From assembly GCA_963755715.1 (NCBI GenBank), contig CAVWLW010000067.1, positions 32,001 to 96,000 on the forward strand: a DNA stretch of 64,000 bases, written 5' to 3'. The notes below the pieces were generated by a model that was given only the letters and a program-made list of their open reading frames with translations, was not told where the DNA came from and made no database searches. Numbering within the stretch: position 1 is the first letter of the stretch; every line of letters begins with the position of its first letter. This stretch comes from an uncultured delta proteobacterium (GTDB lineage Bacteria; Desulfobacterota; Binatia; UBA9968). The position numbers and the translations under genes are program-made. This document shows positions 10,593-21,429 of this stretch, in pieces.

Positions 10593-11201
10593 TTGTACAC
10601 AGCGTTGCGGGCAACGAGCCGAACTTTATCGAAATTTCTCGAGACCAGCTTTCTAGCCGACCCATTGTTGAGCGGGTTCTTCGGCGGCGGCATGGTGGTG
10701 TCGCTCGCCACGCCCCAGGAGATGAACGAGAAGCCCGCGGAAGGATTGTCCGTCTGGCTCTATCGAATTATCCGCGACGAACAGCGTCTCAACGATCCTG
10801 CGGTTCGAATCAGCGCCACAGAACTGCGACCGCCGCCGCTGCCCGTCCGGCTCCACTACCTGATGACGCCGGTGACGAATGAGCAGACCGGCGATCCCGA
10901 AACCGAGCAGCTTATGCTCGGCAAGGTGCTGCAAGCGTTTTATAGCCACTCCGTGCTGCGCGGCGCGGACCTTCAGGCCGAGTTCTCGGGAACGGAGGTG
11001 GAACTCAAAGTTCGTCTCGAACCTTTGACACTCGAAGAGATCACACGCGTCTGGGAAGCTCTCGACGGCTCCTATCAGCTGTCGGTCTCCTATGAAGTCA
11101 GTGTTGTAAATATCATGCCCGAGGCGGAACCGGAGCGCGTCACTCCCGTGCAGATCGCGATGCCGGAATACGGACTGATCGTGCCCGCCGGGCCGACGTG
11201 A
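10593..11201 (+). CDS. eCIS cap / tail terminator, Pvc16/Afp16 (DUF4255) family
   Basis: LSVWLYRI...LHYLMTP...EQLMLGKVLQ...YQLSVSYEVSVV pattern; lies before the sheath. Confidence 0.9.
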   Translation: MYTALRATSRTLSKFLETSFLADPLLSGFFGGGMVVSLATPQEMNEKPAEGLSVWLYRIIRDEQRLNDPAVRISATELRPPPLPVRLHYLMTPVTNEQTGDPETEQLMLGKVLQAFYSHSVLRGADLQAEFSGTEVELKVRLEPLTLEEITRVWEALDGSYQLSVSYEVSVVNIMPEAEPERVTPVQIAMPEYGLIVPAGPT

Positions 11202-11215
11202 CAGGAGATTGATCG

Positions 11216-12391
11216 ATGCCGCGTCGCACTATTCAGCTCGATAACAGAACTATCGTGTTCTCACCTGATGATCCCGTACTCCCTGTGGATCGGTTTCAGG
11301 CCGTCATTAAAGTTCGGGTCACGGACGAGTTGACCGGTGCCGCGCCGAATAGTCGAACGACGCTCGAGGTCAAAGAGCGGGGATTTTTTCCGCGCCTGGG
11401 AAGCGATGGCCTGGGTGGATTGGTCGGCCTGCCGCGCCAGGTGTTTCCGGCACTGCAGGCCCGCGACTATCCCGTTCACCTGACGATTGACGCGGCAAGA
11501 TACGAGCGCCGCGATCATAAGAAGGATGTTCCTCAGGATCTCAGCTTCCCCACCACATTTACGCCTGCGGAGGTCGATATCGCACTGCACCGCCAACCGG
11601 TCTTCATTGCCGGGCGAACCGCGCGCTTGATCAACAATGCCAGCGCGCCGTTACCGGGCGCGCAGATCACCGTGACGGGCATATGGCGAATGCCGCCGTC
11701 GGCCAATGTCTCGATCCCTCCCGATCCGCCCAATATCGTTTCGCTGGTGCCGCCTCTGTATGCCGATCGCGCGGCCTTGACGCAGTCCCTGGCGCCGCGG
11801 GATTTGACGCCGGTCATCGGCGCCGACAAGGCGCTCGTTGATGATATTGCCGCTTCCGCCAAGGCGATTCGCATCTCCGACCGGTTGGGGTTGGCGCCGG
11901 GAAACATTTTGCTGATCGATGCCGACGAACCCGATCGGGCGGAATTCATTGCGATTGAAAACCTGACGACAACCGCGCCGGCGGATCAGCCCGCGGCCGT
12001 GACCCTGAATTACCCGGTGATTTTTTCGCATCGGCGAGGCGTGGTCGTGCGCCAGGCGAGCGCGCAGGCGCCGGGAGCGAGCGAGACTCTCAGCGTCGAG
12101 GCCTGGGCCGGTGATGCCTGTGTATATCTTAACGCCCTGGGCGGTTTGACCGGCGCGCAGGAAGTCGAAATTACCGGCGGACCAGGGCCGGATGAGTATC
12201 ATAGAGTGACGATTTTTTCCGTCACCAGCGACGCCGACGGATACTATCGCCTGCCGCCGCTCAGCCGCGTGGCGCAACTGGAGATTCACGCGGAGAAAGT
12301 GGTGGGAGCGCAGACATTTCAGGCGACGACGATTTTTCGTCCCGACTATCAGCAGCGCGACAACCGCCTGGATTTCATGCTGGCCGCTTAG
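11216..12391 (+). CDS. eCIS accessory protein with carboxypeptidase-regulatory-like (Ig) segments
   Basis: VRVTDELTGA and VTSDADGYYRLPPLSR motifs; lies between Pvc16 and the sheath. Confidence 0.65.
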   Translation: MPRRTIQLDNRTIVFSPDDPVLPVDRFQAVIKVRVTDELTGAAPNSRTTLEVKERGFFPRLGSDGLGGLVGLPRQVFPALQARDYPVHLTIDAARYERRDHKKDVPQDLSFPTTFTPAEVDIALHRQPVFIAGRTARLINNASAPLPGAQITVTGIWRMPPSANVSIPPDPPNIVSLVPPLYADRAALTQSLAPRDLTPVIGADKALVDDIAASAKAIRISDRLGLAPGNILLIDADEPDRAEFIAIENLTTTAPADQPAAVTLNYPVIFSHRRGVVVRQASAQAPGASETLSVEAWAGDACVYLNALGGLTGAQEVEITGGPGPDEYHRVTIFSVTSDADGYYRLPPLSRVAQLEIHAEKVVGAQTFQATTIFRPDYQQRDNRLDFMLAA

Positions 12392-12460
12392 AGAGATCGG
12401 AGATCCGATGACGGAAAAGTCCGCTGAACCGAAAACAGTGATCAACCCCGGAGGAGCACT

Positions 12461-15400
12461 ATGCCTGAATATCTAGCCCCAGCAGTCTATGTCGAAGAAA
12501 TCGACAGCGGCAATAAGCCGATTGAAGGCGTGAGCACGAGCACGGCGGGAATGATCGGCGTCACCGAGCGCGGGCCTGCCAACGTGCCGATTCTCGTGAC
12601 CAGCTACGGCGAATACGTGCGCTGGTTCGGCGAGCGGCTGAATCGCGCCGATTTTGGCGATCACTGCTATCTGCCGCACGCCGTCGAAGGGTTTTTCACC
12701 AATGGCGGCAAGCGCGTTTTTATCACTCGAGTGGAGGCAAGCGGCGCGGCCCGGGCAACTTTCGAGCTGCACGATCGCGGCGACGCCAACTCGGCCTCCA
12801 CCGTGCTGCTGCGCACCGCTCCTGCCGGCACGGGAACCGCCGGAAATACGCCGATCTATGTTCTGACTATCAATACACCGCTCGCGAGCGCCCTGGCGAA
12901 CGGAGATCAAATCCGGCTCGGCGATGATAGCGACGCGGAATATCGGGTCATTGCGACGATTGAGCCGTCCGCCAGCACGACTCACGTGCCGCTGAGTTTG
13001 CCGCTGAGCCGCGCCCATGGCAGCGGCGTGACGGTCCATCAGATCAACCGCGTCGCCATCGCTTTCCCATCGACGGCCACGGCCCTGGCTATCGCCGAAG
13101 ATTCGCTCGCCGGCGACAATGCCGTCGTTGTCAGCGGCGACGCCGGTGATGTTGCCACTCTGGGCGCCAACCAACTGCTGGAAATCGGCGATCCGTTCTT
13201 CAACGAGCATCGATTTATCCGGACTGCGACGATCGACCCGGCGGACAACACGCGCGTCAGGGTGACGCTTGACGGCCCGCTCGGCCTGGACCATGCGGCC
13301 GCGGCCAATGCGGCGCGCCGGCTCGATATCGATCTTACCAACGTCGCCGTGCCGGTGGATGACGATACTCTCAGCGTTGCCGCCCTGGCGAACGATCGCG
13401 TCGCCTACGTCACCGATCGGAACAGCAACTTCGATGACCGCACCAGTGTGATCATTTTTGATATCAATACCGTGGCTGCCCGTGAAGCGCGGCGCATCGG
13501 CACGCTCTCGATGCTGACCCTGGCGACCGGGGTCTATGCCGCTAGTCCGGCGGGATCCGTCGTCGAACGCGTGGACCTGGGCGACGACGGCGCGGTAACC
13601 GTCAAGACCCTGACGGCCGGCGCGCGCGCCGGAACGGCGGTCATCGCTCTCGATAACCGCGTTGGACTCGTAGTGAACGGGATTCTGCGCATCGGCGCCG
13701 CGCCAGACGATGAATATCTGACGATTGCGGCATTGCCGAATCCCTCGCCCGGCAACGCGGCGCCCAACGCGGGCAATGTCGTGCTGGCTCATGCGCTCAA
13801 CCGCGATCATCCGCTTGGAACTCGTGCTTGGCTGGAAACGGATCCGGTCGGTCAACCCGGCGAGGCCCGCCACTGCGTTATTGATCGATGCCGATATTGG
13901 CGGCGCTTCGCTGCCGGTGACCGACGGAACCGGTTACGCTCAGGATGAATTCGTCAGGCTGACGCCCGCCGGTGGAGGCCAACCGCTATACCATCGGCTG
14001 GCGGCCAATGCCGTGAGTCTCGATGCGCGACTGGTGGACTTGACCGTGCCATTATCCCGCGCGCATGCCGCCGGAGCCGCGGTGGCGGAACGCGCGCCGC
14101 TGCTCAACTTGCAGGCGCTCGATACCGGCGATTGGGGCAACCGTTTGCGCGTTTCAGTGCAGGATGAGCCGGCGGGAATGGTGCCGCGGACCACTGTGAG
14201 CAGCGTCATCGATGCCGCCCACATTCGTCTGGCATCCGCGGCCGGCGTCGAAGCGGGAACGATTCTCGAAGTTTTCAATCCGGCGGACGGCGCGGTGGTC
14301 GGCGATCTGTTGAAAGTGACGGACGTCAATCGCGCCGCCAACTTTACGATTACGCTTGACGGCGCCGGCATTTCCATCGCCCAATCGGCGCCCGGCCTGG
14401 CGGTCCGGTCAAGAGAATTTCGTCTCACGGTCTATTTATTCCGTCAACCGGATCCGGCGATCCCTTCGCGCAACGAAACGATCCTCGACAGCGAAGTGTT
14501 TCGCTATCTCTCGATGGACCCGCGCCACAGCCGCTACGTGCAGGACATCATCGGCGACATCAACGGCGCGCTCCGGCTCTCCGACCGCCGTCCGGAAGGC
14601 GAATCAAGGTACATCCGCGTGAGCGATATGAATCCAAGCACGGACATCCGTCTCGGTCCTGAAACTCTGGTGGATGTCTTGCCGGATGGCCGCCGGCGTC
14701 CGGCGCGCCATGCTCTGGGGACCTGGTGCGCGGGACCGATTCCATCGGCACACTCACTGAAGACGATTATGTCGGTCAGGATAGTCAGGACCCGGAGGCG
14801 CGCACCGGACTCCACAGCCTGCGCAACATCGAAGAGATCAGCATCGTCGCCTGTCCGGGACGCACGACCGCGGCGATGCAGAGCGCGCTGATCGACCACT
14901 GCGAGCTGATGCGCTACCGCTTCGCCGTGCTCGACGGCCCGCGGCCGCCGCAGCGACACGCTCGCCGACGTGCAGGCGCAGCGCCAGCAGTTCGACACGA
15001 AATACGCGGCGCTCTATCACCCGTGGCTGCTGATTCCCGATCCGTTCCCGGCGAACCTGAGCCAGATCGCCGACTATCCGATTCCGCCGTCGCGGCCACA
15101 TGGTCGGCATCTACGCGCGCACCGACATCGAGCGCGGCGTGCACAAGGCGCCGGCCAACGAGGTCGTGCGCGGCATCATCGGGCTGCAGCGCATGCTCAA
15201 CAAGGAGCAGCACGACATCCTCAATCCCGTATCCGGTCAACATCAACGTGATCCGCGACTTCCGCGACAACAACCGCGGCATCCGCGTCTACGGCGGCCG
15301 GGTCATCACCAGCGATCCGGACTGGAAGTACGTCAACGTCCGGCGGCTGCTGATCTTCATCGAGGCGTCGATCGATCGCGGGCTGCAGTGGGTGGTCTTC

Positions 15401-15655
15401 GAGCCCAACGCCGAGCCGCTGTGGGCGCGCGTGCGCCGGTCGATCGCCAACTTCCTGACGCTGGTCTGGCGCAACGGCGCGCTGGAAGGCACCAAGGTCG
15501 AGGAGGCGTTCTTCGTCAAGTGCGACCGCACGACGATGACGCAGACGGACATCGACAACGGCCGGCTGATCTGCGTGGTCGGCGTCGCGCCGGTGAAGCC
15601 GGCCGAGTTCGTGATCGTCCGCATCGGCCTGTGGACCGCGCACGCGGACGACTGA
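12461..15655 (+). CDS. Contractile tail sheath protein 1 (about 1060 aa with large insertion; several frameshifts)
   Basis: N-terminus MPEYLAPAVYVEE...GVSTSTAGMIG...FFTNGG; C-terminus GVHKAPAN, WKYVNVRRL, WVVFEPN, GVAPVKPAEFV. Spread over ORFs 12461, 13725, 14726, 14970 and 15100. Confidence 0.93.
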
Positions 15656-15679
15656 AGAGCTCGAAGGAGGAGCTGACCG

Positions 15680-16123
15680 ATGGCCACCGGAGAACGGCGC
15701 GATCCGTTTCGCGCATTCAACTTTCAGCTCGAAATCGACGGCATCGCCGCGCGGCGCGTTCAGCGAAGTGCAGCGGCCTGACCGCGGAAGGCGACGCGGT
15801 GGATTACCGCGAAGGCACCGACCTGCAGCCCAACGTGCGCAAGCTCGTCGGCCTGCGCAAGTACACCAACATCACGCTCAAGCGCGGCTACACGCAGGAC
15901 GAACTCGCTGTGGGACTGGTACAGCAACATTCACAACGGCGTCGCCGACCGGCGCAACGTCACCATCATCCTGATGAACGAGGAGCGCCAGCCGGTGATG
16001 CGCTGGCACGCCGAGAACGCCTGGATCAACAAGATCGAAGGGCCGAGCTTCAAGGCGAGCGGCAACGAAGTCGCCATCGAATCGGTCGAGCTGGTCCACG
16101 AAGGGCTGACCATCGAAGTGTGA
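15680..16123 (+). CDS. Tail tube protein 1 (T4 gp19-like), frameshifted
   Basis: MATGERRDPFRAFNFQLEIDG...YREG...NITLKRG...RRNVTIIL...NAWINKIEGPSFKASGNEVAIESVELVHEGL; RBS ggagg. Confidence 0.9.
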
Positions 16124-16141
16124 GCCGCGAGGGATTCTCAC

Positions 16142-18145
16142 GTGCAATCGCCGCAAACACCGGGCGTCTATTACGAGCGAGTCGACGCGAGCGCGCCGGC
16201 CATCGCGCTGCTGCGCACCGACATCGCCGGCTTCGTCGGCATCGCCACGCGCGGGTCCGCTGCACCAGCCGCTGCCCGTGCAGTCGTGGCGGCAGTTTCA
16301 GGCCTATTTCGGTGATTTTACCGGTGCCGGTTATCTCGCTTACGCCGTGCGGGCGTTCTTCGAAAACGGCGGCCAGCGGTGCTGGATCGTGCGTGTGGCG
16401 TCTGAAACCGCGGCGACGGCCGCGGTAGCGCTGCGGTCGGAAAGTCTCGCCAGCGTCTGGGCGGTTTCAGCCTCGAGTCCCGGAGTGTGGGGAAACGATC
16501 TGGATATCGTGATCAGGGAAACGCACCGAGCGCAGACGTTGACCGTTCCCGCAACAGAGCGCGCCGGAATTTTCCACCGTGCTCTCGACCACCGGATTCG
16601 GCCGCGCCACGCAGGTGCGCCTCTCGCAGGGCGCCGATCATCGTCCACAAGGTCGTGTCGGATGTCGATGCGGTGAATCATCGGCTGCTGTGGATCAATC
16701 CGAAAGCGGCGAAGCGCAGCTGCCCTATGACAGCGCGTTGAGCGGTTTCGATGCCGGGCGTCCGATCCTGATTGAAAGCATCGAATACACGCTGTGGGTG
16801 AGAGAGCTCGGCCGGCTGATTCGCGTCTACGAAGGGCTCTCGCTCGTTCCCGAGCACCGGCGTTACGGCCCGGCTATTTTGGCAGCGTTTAAAGTCCCGC
16901 GGGTTTCCGGCCAACCGCTGAACCTGCCCTCCGCGCCTGAGCCGGTGACGATCACCGAATTGCGCGAGCTGCCTCTGTCCGTTCTCGAGTCGATGGCCAC
17001 GACGCCGGATCAGATCATGCCGCTCACGGGCGGCGCCGACGGCCTGGCTCAGTTGAGCCCCTATGATTTCATCGGCGAGGAGTATCGATCCGCTCGACAG
17101 CGATGACGTCCGCGCGCGCAAAGCGCGCGGCCTGCGAACCCTGGAAGACGTGCGCGAAGTCGCGATGGTCGCCGTGCCGGATATCCACATTCAGCCGAAA
17201 GCCGCGCCGCGTTTCAGCCCGCCGCCGCCCTGCGTCCCCGATCCGTGTCTGCCGGTGAGCGTGCCGCCGGCGGTCCCGCGCGCGCCGTCGGTGGGCGACC
17301 TGCCGCCGGTCTTTCCGGAAAGCGCCATCTATCAGGTGCAGTCCGCGTTGATTCAACACTGCGAGAAGCTGCGCGATCGCATCGCGCTTCTGGAGCCGCC
17401 GTTCAGCGCGTCGCGCGACGACAAGCTCGGCGTCGGCGCGGTGCGCGCCTGGCGGAGCCGCTTCGATTCCAAGTACGCGGCTTTGTACTATCCGTGGCTG
17501 CGCGTGGTCGATCCGTTGCGCTCGCCCATGTCACTGGTGCGGGAGATTCCGCCCAGCGGCCACGTGGCCGGACAATACGCGCAAAACGATTCTCAATTCG
17601 GCGTGCACAAGGCGCCGGCCAACGCGCCGCTCATCTGGGCCGAGGATGTAACCGTCTTCGTCGACGACGCCGTGCACGGGATCTTCAATCCCGGCGGCAT
17701 CAACGCGATCCGGCCATTGCCGGGCCGCGGCCTGCGCATCTTCGGCGCGCGCACGGTGAGCAGCGACGCCGATTGGCGTTACGTCAACGTGCGCCGGCTG
17801 ATGATGATGATCGAAAAAGCGATCGAGGCGGCGATCCAATGGGCGGTCTTCGAGCCGAATTCCACTCTGACGCGGACCAAGCTCAATTTGACGTTAACGA
17901 ATTTCTTGCTGTCGTTATGGCAGCGGGGAGCGCTCATGGGAGCGGCCGCGGAGGATGCCTTTTTCGTCAAATGCGACGACGATAACAACCCGCCCGAGGA
18001 GCGTGACCAGGGCAGGCTCGTGGCCACGATCGGCGTCGCGCCTTCGCGCCCGTTCGAATTCATTATTCTGAGAGTCGGGCGGGCGCACAATCAGTTCGAG
18101 ATCAGCGAAGCGTCGTCCGGCGCTTCCGGGCTGGAGGTCTTCTAG
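16142..18145 (+). CDS. Contractile tail sheath protein 2, frameshifted
   Basis: TPGVYYERVD...RTDIAGFVG; AFFENGG; AALYYPWL; PPSGHVAG; GVHKAPAN; WRYVNVRRL; WAVFEPN. Confidence 0.92.
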
Positions 18146-18663
18146 TGGCGGATTTGAATCCCACGGGACGGCGCGATGACCCGGTGTTGAATCATAACTT
18201 TGTCATCAGTCTGCTCGACAGCAGCAGCGCGAGCGGTCTGTTCGGCTCCGTTTCCATGTCAGCCATTTTCGATGTTGCCCTGGGCGGTTTCAGCGAATGC
18301 GGCGGATTGGAGATGTCGCTTCAGGTCGAGGAGTTCAGGGAAGGCGGCAACAACGGCCGGGTGCTCAAGTTTCCGACGCGGGTGACCTGGTCGAATATCA
18401 CGCTCAAGAAGGGCATGAGCTCGGGCACGGCGTTGTGGGACTGGCATTATGGTTTTACGGCCGGGCGAGGCAGTCGCCGCGATGGCGTGATCGTGCTGCT
18501 CAATGACCGTCAGGTGCCGAACAACATCTGGTATTTTCGCCGCGGTTTGCCGGTCAAATATACCGGGCCGGCGCTCAATGCGACTCAGAGCAGCGTCGCG
18601 ATTGAATCCATAGAAATTGCCCATGACGGGCTTTCACAGGTGCCGCTCGGTTTGGCGACTTAG
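18145..18663 (+). CDS. Tail tube protein 2 (gp19-like)
   Basis: GGFSECGGL...EFREGGNN...WSNITLKKG...PVKYTGPALNA...AIESIEIAHDG. Confidence 0.93.
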   Translation: MADLNPTGRRDDPVLNHNFVISLLDSSSASGLFGSVSMSAIFDVALGGFSECGGLEMSLQVEEFREGGNNGRVLKFPTRVTWSNITLKKGMSSGTALWDWHYGFTAGRGSRRDGVIVLLNDRQVPNNIWYFRRGLPVKYTGPALNATQSSVAIESIEIAHDGLSQVPLGLAT

Positions 18664-18683
18664 ACTTTTCGGGAGGAATTGGA

Positions 18684-18881
18684 ATGGAAGTTCAAATCCA
18701 GACACTGCAAAGCACGGTGCAGGCATTCGACGGCGACGTGCCGCTATCGCCGCAGACCATGGACAAGATCGTCCGCGCGGTGCTTCAGGCGGTGAATGAT
18801 CAGCAGGCGCATCGTCAGCGCGTCCGCGCCGAGCAACGCATTACGAGCGGGGTGAGTCACGAGCTCGAGGAAAGGGACTAA
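18684..18881 (+). CDS. Small eCIS protein (Afp6-like position)
   Basis: 65 aa with RBS ggagg, between tube 2 and the LysM initiator. Confidence 0.7.
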   Translation: MEVQIQTLQSTVQAFDGDVPLSPQTMDKIVRAVLQAVNDQQAHRQRVRAEQRITSGVSHELEERD

Positions 18882-18885
18882 GAGC

Positions 18886-19710
18886 GTGGAACAGGTCGCG
18901 AAAGCCATTTTGCGCGTTGAGTGGGACGCTCCACGGAACCCGGAGATGATCGAGGTTCAATATAATCCGACGGAGTTGTCATGGGACAAAGGCGCCCAGA
19001 TCGCCGAGATTTCGATTCCCGGATTAGACGCGCCCCTGCAACAATTTGTCCGCGGCCAGGCCGAGAAGCTGACCCTCGAACTATTTTTTGACACGACCGA
19101 TCACGGCATGGGCAAGGGCGCAGTGAGCGTCACGACGCTGACCGACCGAATCTATCAGCTCATCAAAATTGAACCGACGCGTCATGCGCCGCCGATCTGT
19201 ACTTTTATCTGGAACGACGCATTCCCCGGCAGCTCGCTTGAAGGAAATGCCGGCAGCGCCGCGAGCCTTGCGATCGGCGGCAGCTTTGGCGCGGCGGCGG
19301 GCGTGGTTGCTTCGGCCGCGGGCGCCGCGGTCAGCGCGGTCGCCAGCGCCGTGGCGGGAATCGCCAATGCCGCGAGCGGCAATCAGCGCCGCAACGGCTT
19401 CAGGTGCGTCGTCGAAAGCGTCAAGCAAAAATTCACGCTGTTCAGCCCGGAAGGTGTTCCGCTGCGCGCGGCATTAAGCGTGGGATTGCGTGAATACAAA
19501 ACTCTCGATGACCAACTTGCTCATTTGAATTTGACCTCGCCCGATCGCACGCATAGTCACGTGACGCAGAACGGCGATTCCCTGTCCCGGATCGCCGCGC
19601 AGTACTATCGAAGCGCCGGCGACTGGCGATTGATTGCCGACGCCAACGGTATTGAAGATCCGCGCCGCCTTGTGGTCGGTGCTTTTTTGCAGATTCCGCC
19701 GACGCAATAG
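18886..19710 (+). CDS. CIS tube initiator with C-terminal LysM (Afp7-like)
   Basis: VQYNPTEL...LQQFVRG...LELFFDT; FTLFSPEGVPLRA; LysM GDSLSRIAAQYY...WRLIADANGIEDP. Confidence 0.9.
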   Translation: MEQVAKAILRVEWDAPRNPEMIEVQYNPTELSWDKGAQIAEISIPGLDAPLQQFVRGQAEKLTLELFFDTTDHGMGKGAVSVTTLTDRIYQLIKIEPTRHAPPICTFIWNDAFPGSSLEGNAGSAASLAIGGSFGAAAGVVASAAGAAVSAVASAVAGIANAASGNQRRNGFRCVVESVKQKFTLFSPEGVPLRAALSVGLREYKTLDDQLAHLNLTSPDRTHSHVTQNGDSLSRIAAQYYRSAGDWRLIADANGIEDPRRLVVGAFLQIPPTQ

Positions 19711-19720
19711 GAGATTGGGC

Positions 19721-20941
19721 ATGCCGGTAGTGACGCTCAGGGATGAATCGAAATTGCAGGGCAATTTCTATGTCCCGCGGTTTGAAATAAAAATCGCCGG
19801 CGCCAACCTGCCGCAGAATGTTTTGCGTGATGTCTTGCAAGTTACCTATTCGGATAACGTGAAAGAGCTCGATAGCTTCGAGTTCACTGTCAACAATTGG
19901 GACGCCGAAAAGCGCGAATTCAAATACGTCGGATCGGAAACGACCAGTTCCCTGAGCAGGAATCCGCTGCATCAGCTGTTCAATCCATCGCGCCATGAAG
20001 TGGAGGTCGCGATGGGATACGAAAACAATTTGACCCTGATGACGAAGGGCAATTTGACGACGATGGAGCCCACCTTTCCCAGCAGCGGCGGCCCGACGTT
20101 GACAGTGCGAGGCTTGAATGTCCTGCACAAGCTTCGCACCAAGCAATTCACCTACGCGTGGCCGCCAAACAAACGCGAAAGCGAGATCGCCAAGAGTCTC
20201 GACACACTGACCGACCCCGATCCTCAGGCGAAGGGCAAGAAACGCTTCCCGCTGCCGATCGAAATCGACGACAACGCGCTCAGCAAAGAGCAGCCGATTG
20301 CTTATGTCGCGCAAGACAGCCAGTACGATATCGATTTTCTTCTCTCCCGGGCGCGCCGTATCGGCTACGCGGTTTTCATCAAAGAAGAGGAACAGGAAAA
20401 TGGCCGGGTCACAAAGCAGAGGCGGCTCTACTTCGGACCTTCCGACGCCAATCATCCCGGCCTGCGACGGGTGACATTTGAACTCAAATGGGGCGTTTCG
20501 CTCATTGACTTCAAACCGACGTTAACCACCGCCAACCAGGTCAAGAGCGTCGTCGTCCAGGGATTCGATCGATCCACGAAGCAACAAATCACCGGTAGAG
20601 CATCGCTCGATGATCCGAAATTTGGATTGAACCGTGACCTGATCAAACTGTTGGAATCTTCCGATGCTCGCGAGGAGCGCGTGGTCGATAGGCCGGTTTT
20701 TACTCAGAGAGAGGCCGACGAGCTGGCGCGCGCGATTTTGCTCGAGCGCAGCAAGGATCTCGTCAAGGCGAGCGGAACCTGCATCGGTCTGCCGGATCTG
20801 CGCGCCGGACAGCGGATAAAGATCAGCGGCCTCGGCGCGCGCTTCAGCGGCGAATATTTCGTCACCGATACCACGCATGCGATCAACGATAGCGGATACA
20901 TCACGAGGTTTAGCGTGCGCCGCGAAGATCTGGGGAAATGA
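19721..20941 (+). CDS. Phage late control D / VgrG hub (Afp8 N-terminal part)
   Basis: YVPRFEIKI; DIDFLLSRARRIGY; GLPDLRAG...GLGARFSGEYFVT. Confidence 0.9.
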   Translation: MPVVTLRDESKLQGNFYVPRFEIKIAGANLPQNVLRDVLQVTYSDNVKELDSFEFTVNNWDAEKREFKYVGSETTSSLSRNPLHQLFNPSRHEVEVAMGYENNLTLMTKGNLTTMEPTFPSSGGPTLTVRGLNVLHKLRTKQFTYAWPPNKRESEIAKSLDTLTDPDPQAKGKKRFPLPIEIDDNALSKEQPIAYVAQDSQYDIDFLLSRARRIGYAVFIKEEEQENGRVTKQRRLYFGPSDANHPGLRRVTFELKWGVSLIDFKPTLTTANQVKSVVVQGFDRSTKQQITGRASLDDPKFGLNRDLIKLLESSDAREERVVDRPVFTQREADELARAILLERSKDLVKASGTCIGLPDLRAGQRIKISGLGARFSGEYFVTDTTHAINDSGYITRFSVRREDLGK

Positions 20942-20951
20942 GCCGGATTCA

Positions 20952-21416
20952 ATGAAGCATTATCCGGGAGTGGTTACGGCGATTGTCAAAAGTTTGAAGG
21001 ATCCTGACGGGCAGGGCCGGGTGGAGCTGCAATTTCCCTGGCTGTCGGACTCGCTGCGAAGTTATTGGGCGCCCGTGGCAGCACCCCTCGCCGGCAAGCA
21101 GCGTGGTGTTTTCTTCATGCCTGAAATTGACGACGAAGTGCTGGTCGCCTTTGAGCACGGAAGTTTCGATCATCCTTATATCGTCGGTTATCTCTGGAAC
21201 GGCGTGGATATGCCGCCGGAGAGCGATCTCAAGAATCGCGTGATCAAGACACCGGGCGGGCACACCTTGCGGTTCGAAGACGGCAACGGAAAAAAAATCG
21301 TTCTCAAGTCCAGCTCCGGGCAGACGATCACCCTCGACGATACGGAAAACTCGATCACGCTCGAGGGCGGCGGACGGATTCTGAAGATGAGCAACGGCGT
21401 CGTGCAGATATCGTGA
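20952..21416 (+). CDS. Baseplate assembly protein V (spike OB-fold)
   Basis: DPDGQGRVELQFPW...FMPEIDDEVLVAFEHG...PYIVGYLWNG. Confidence 0.92.
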   Translation: MKHYPGVVTAIVKSLKDPDGQGRVELQFPWLSDSLRSYWAPVAAPLAGKQRGVFFMPEIDDEVLVAFEHGSFDHPYIVGYLWNGVDMPPESDLKNRVIKTPGGHTLRFEDGNGKKIVLKSSSGQTITLDDTENSITLEGGGRILKMSNGVVQIS

Positions 21417-21429
21417 GAGGTCAAACAAA

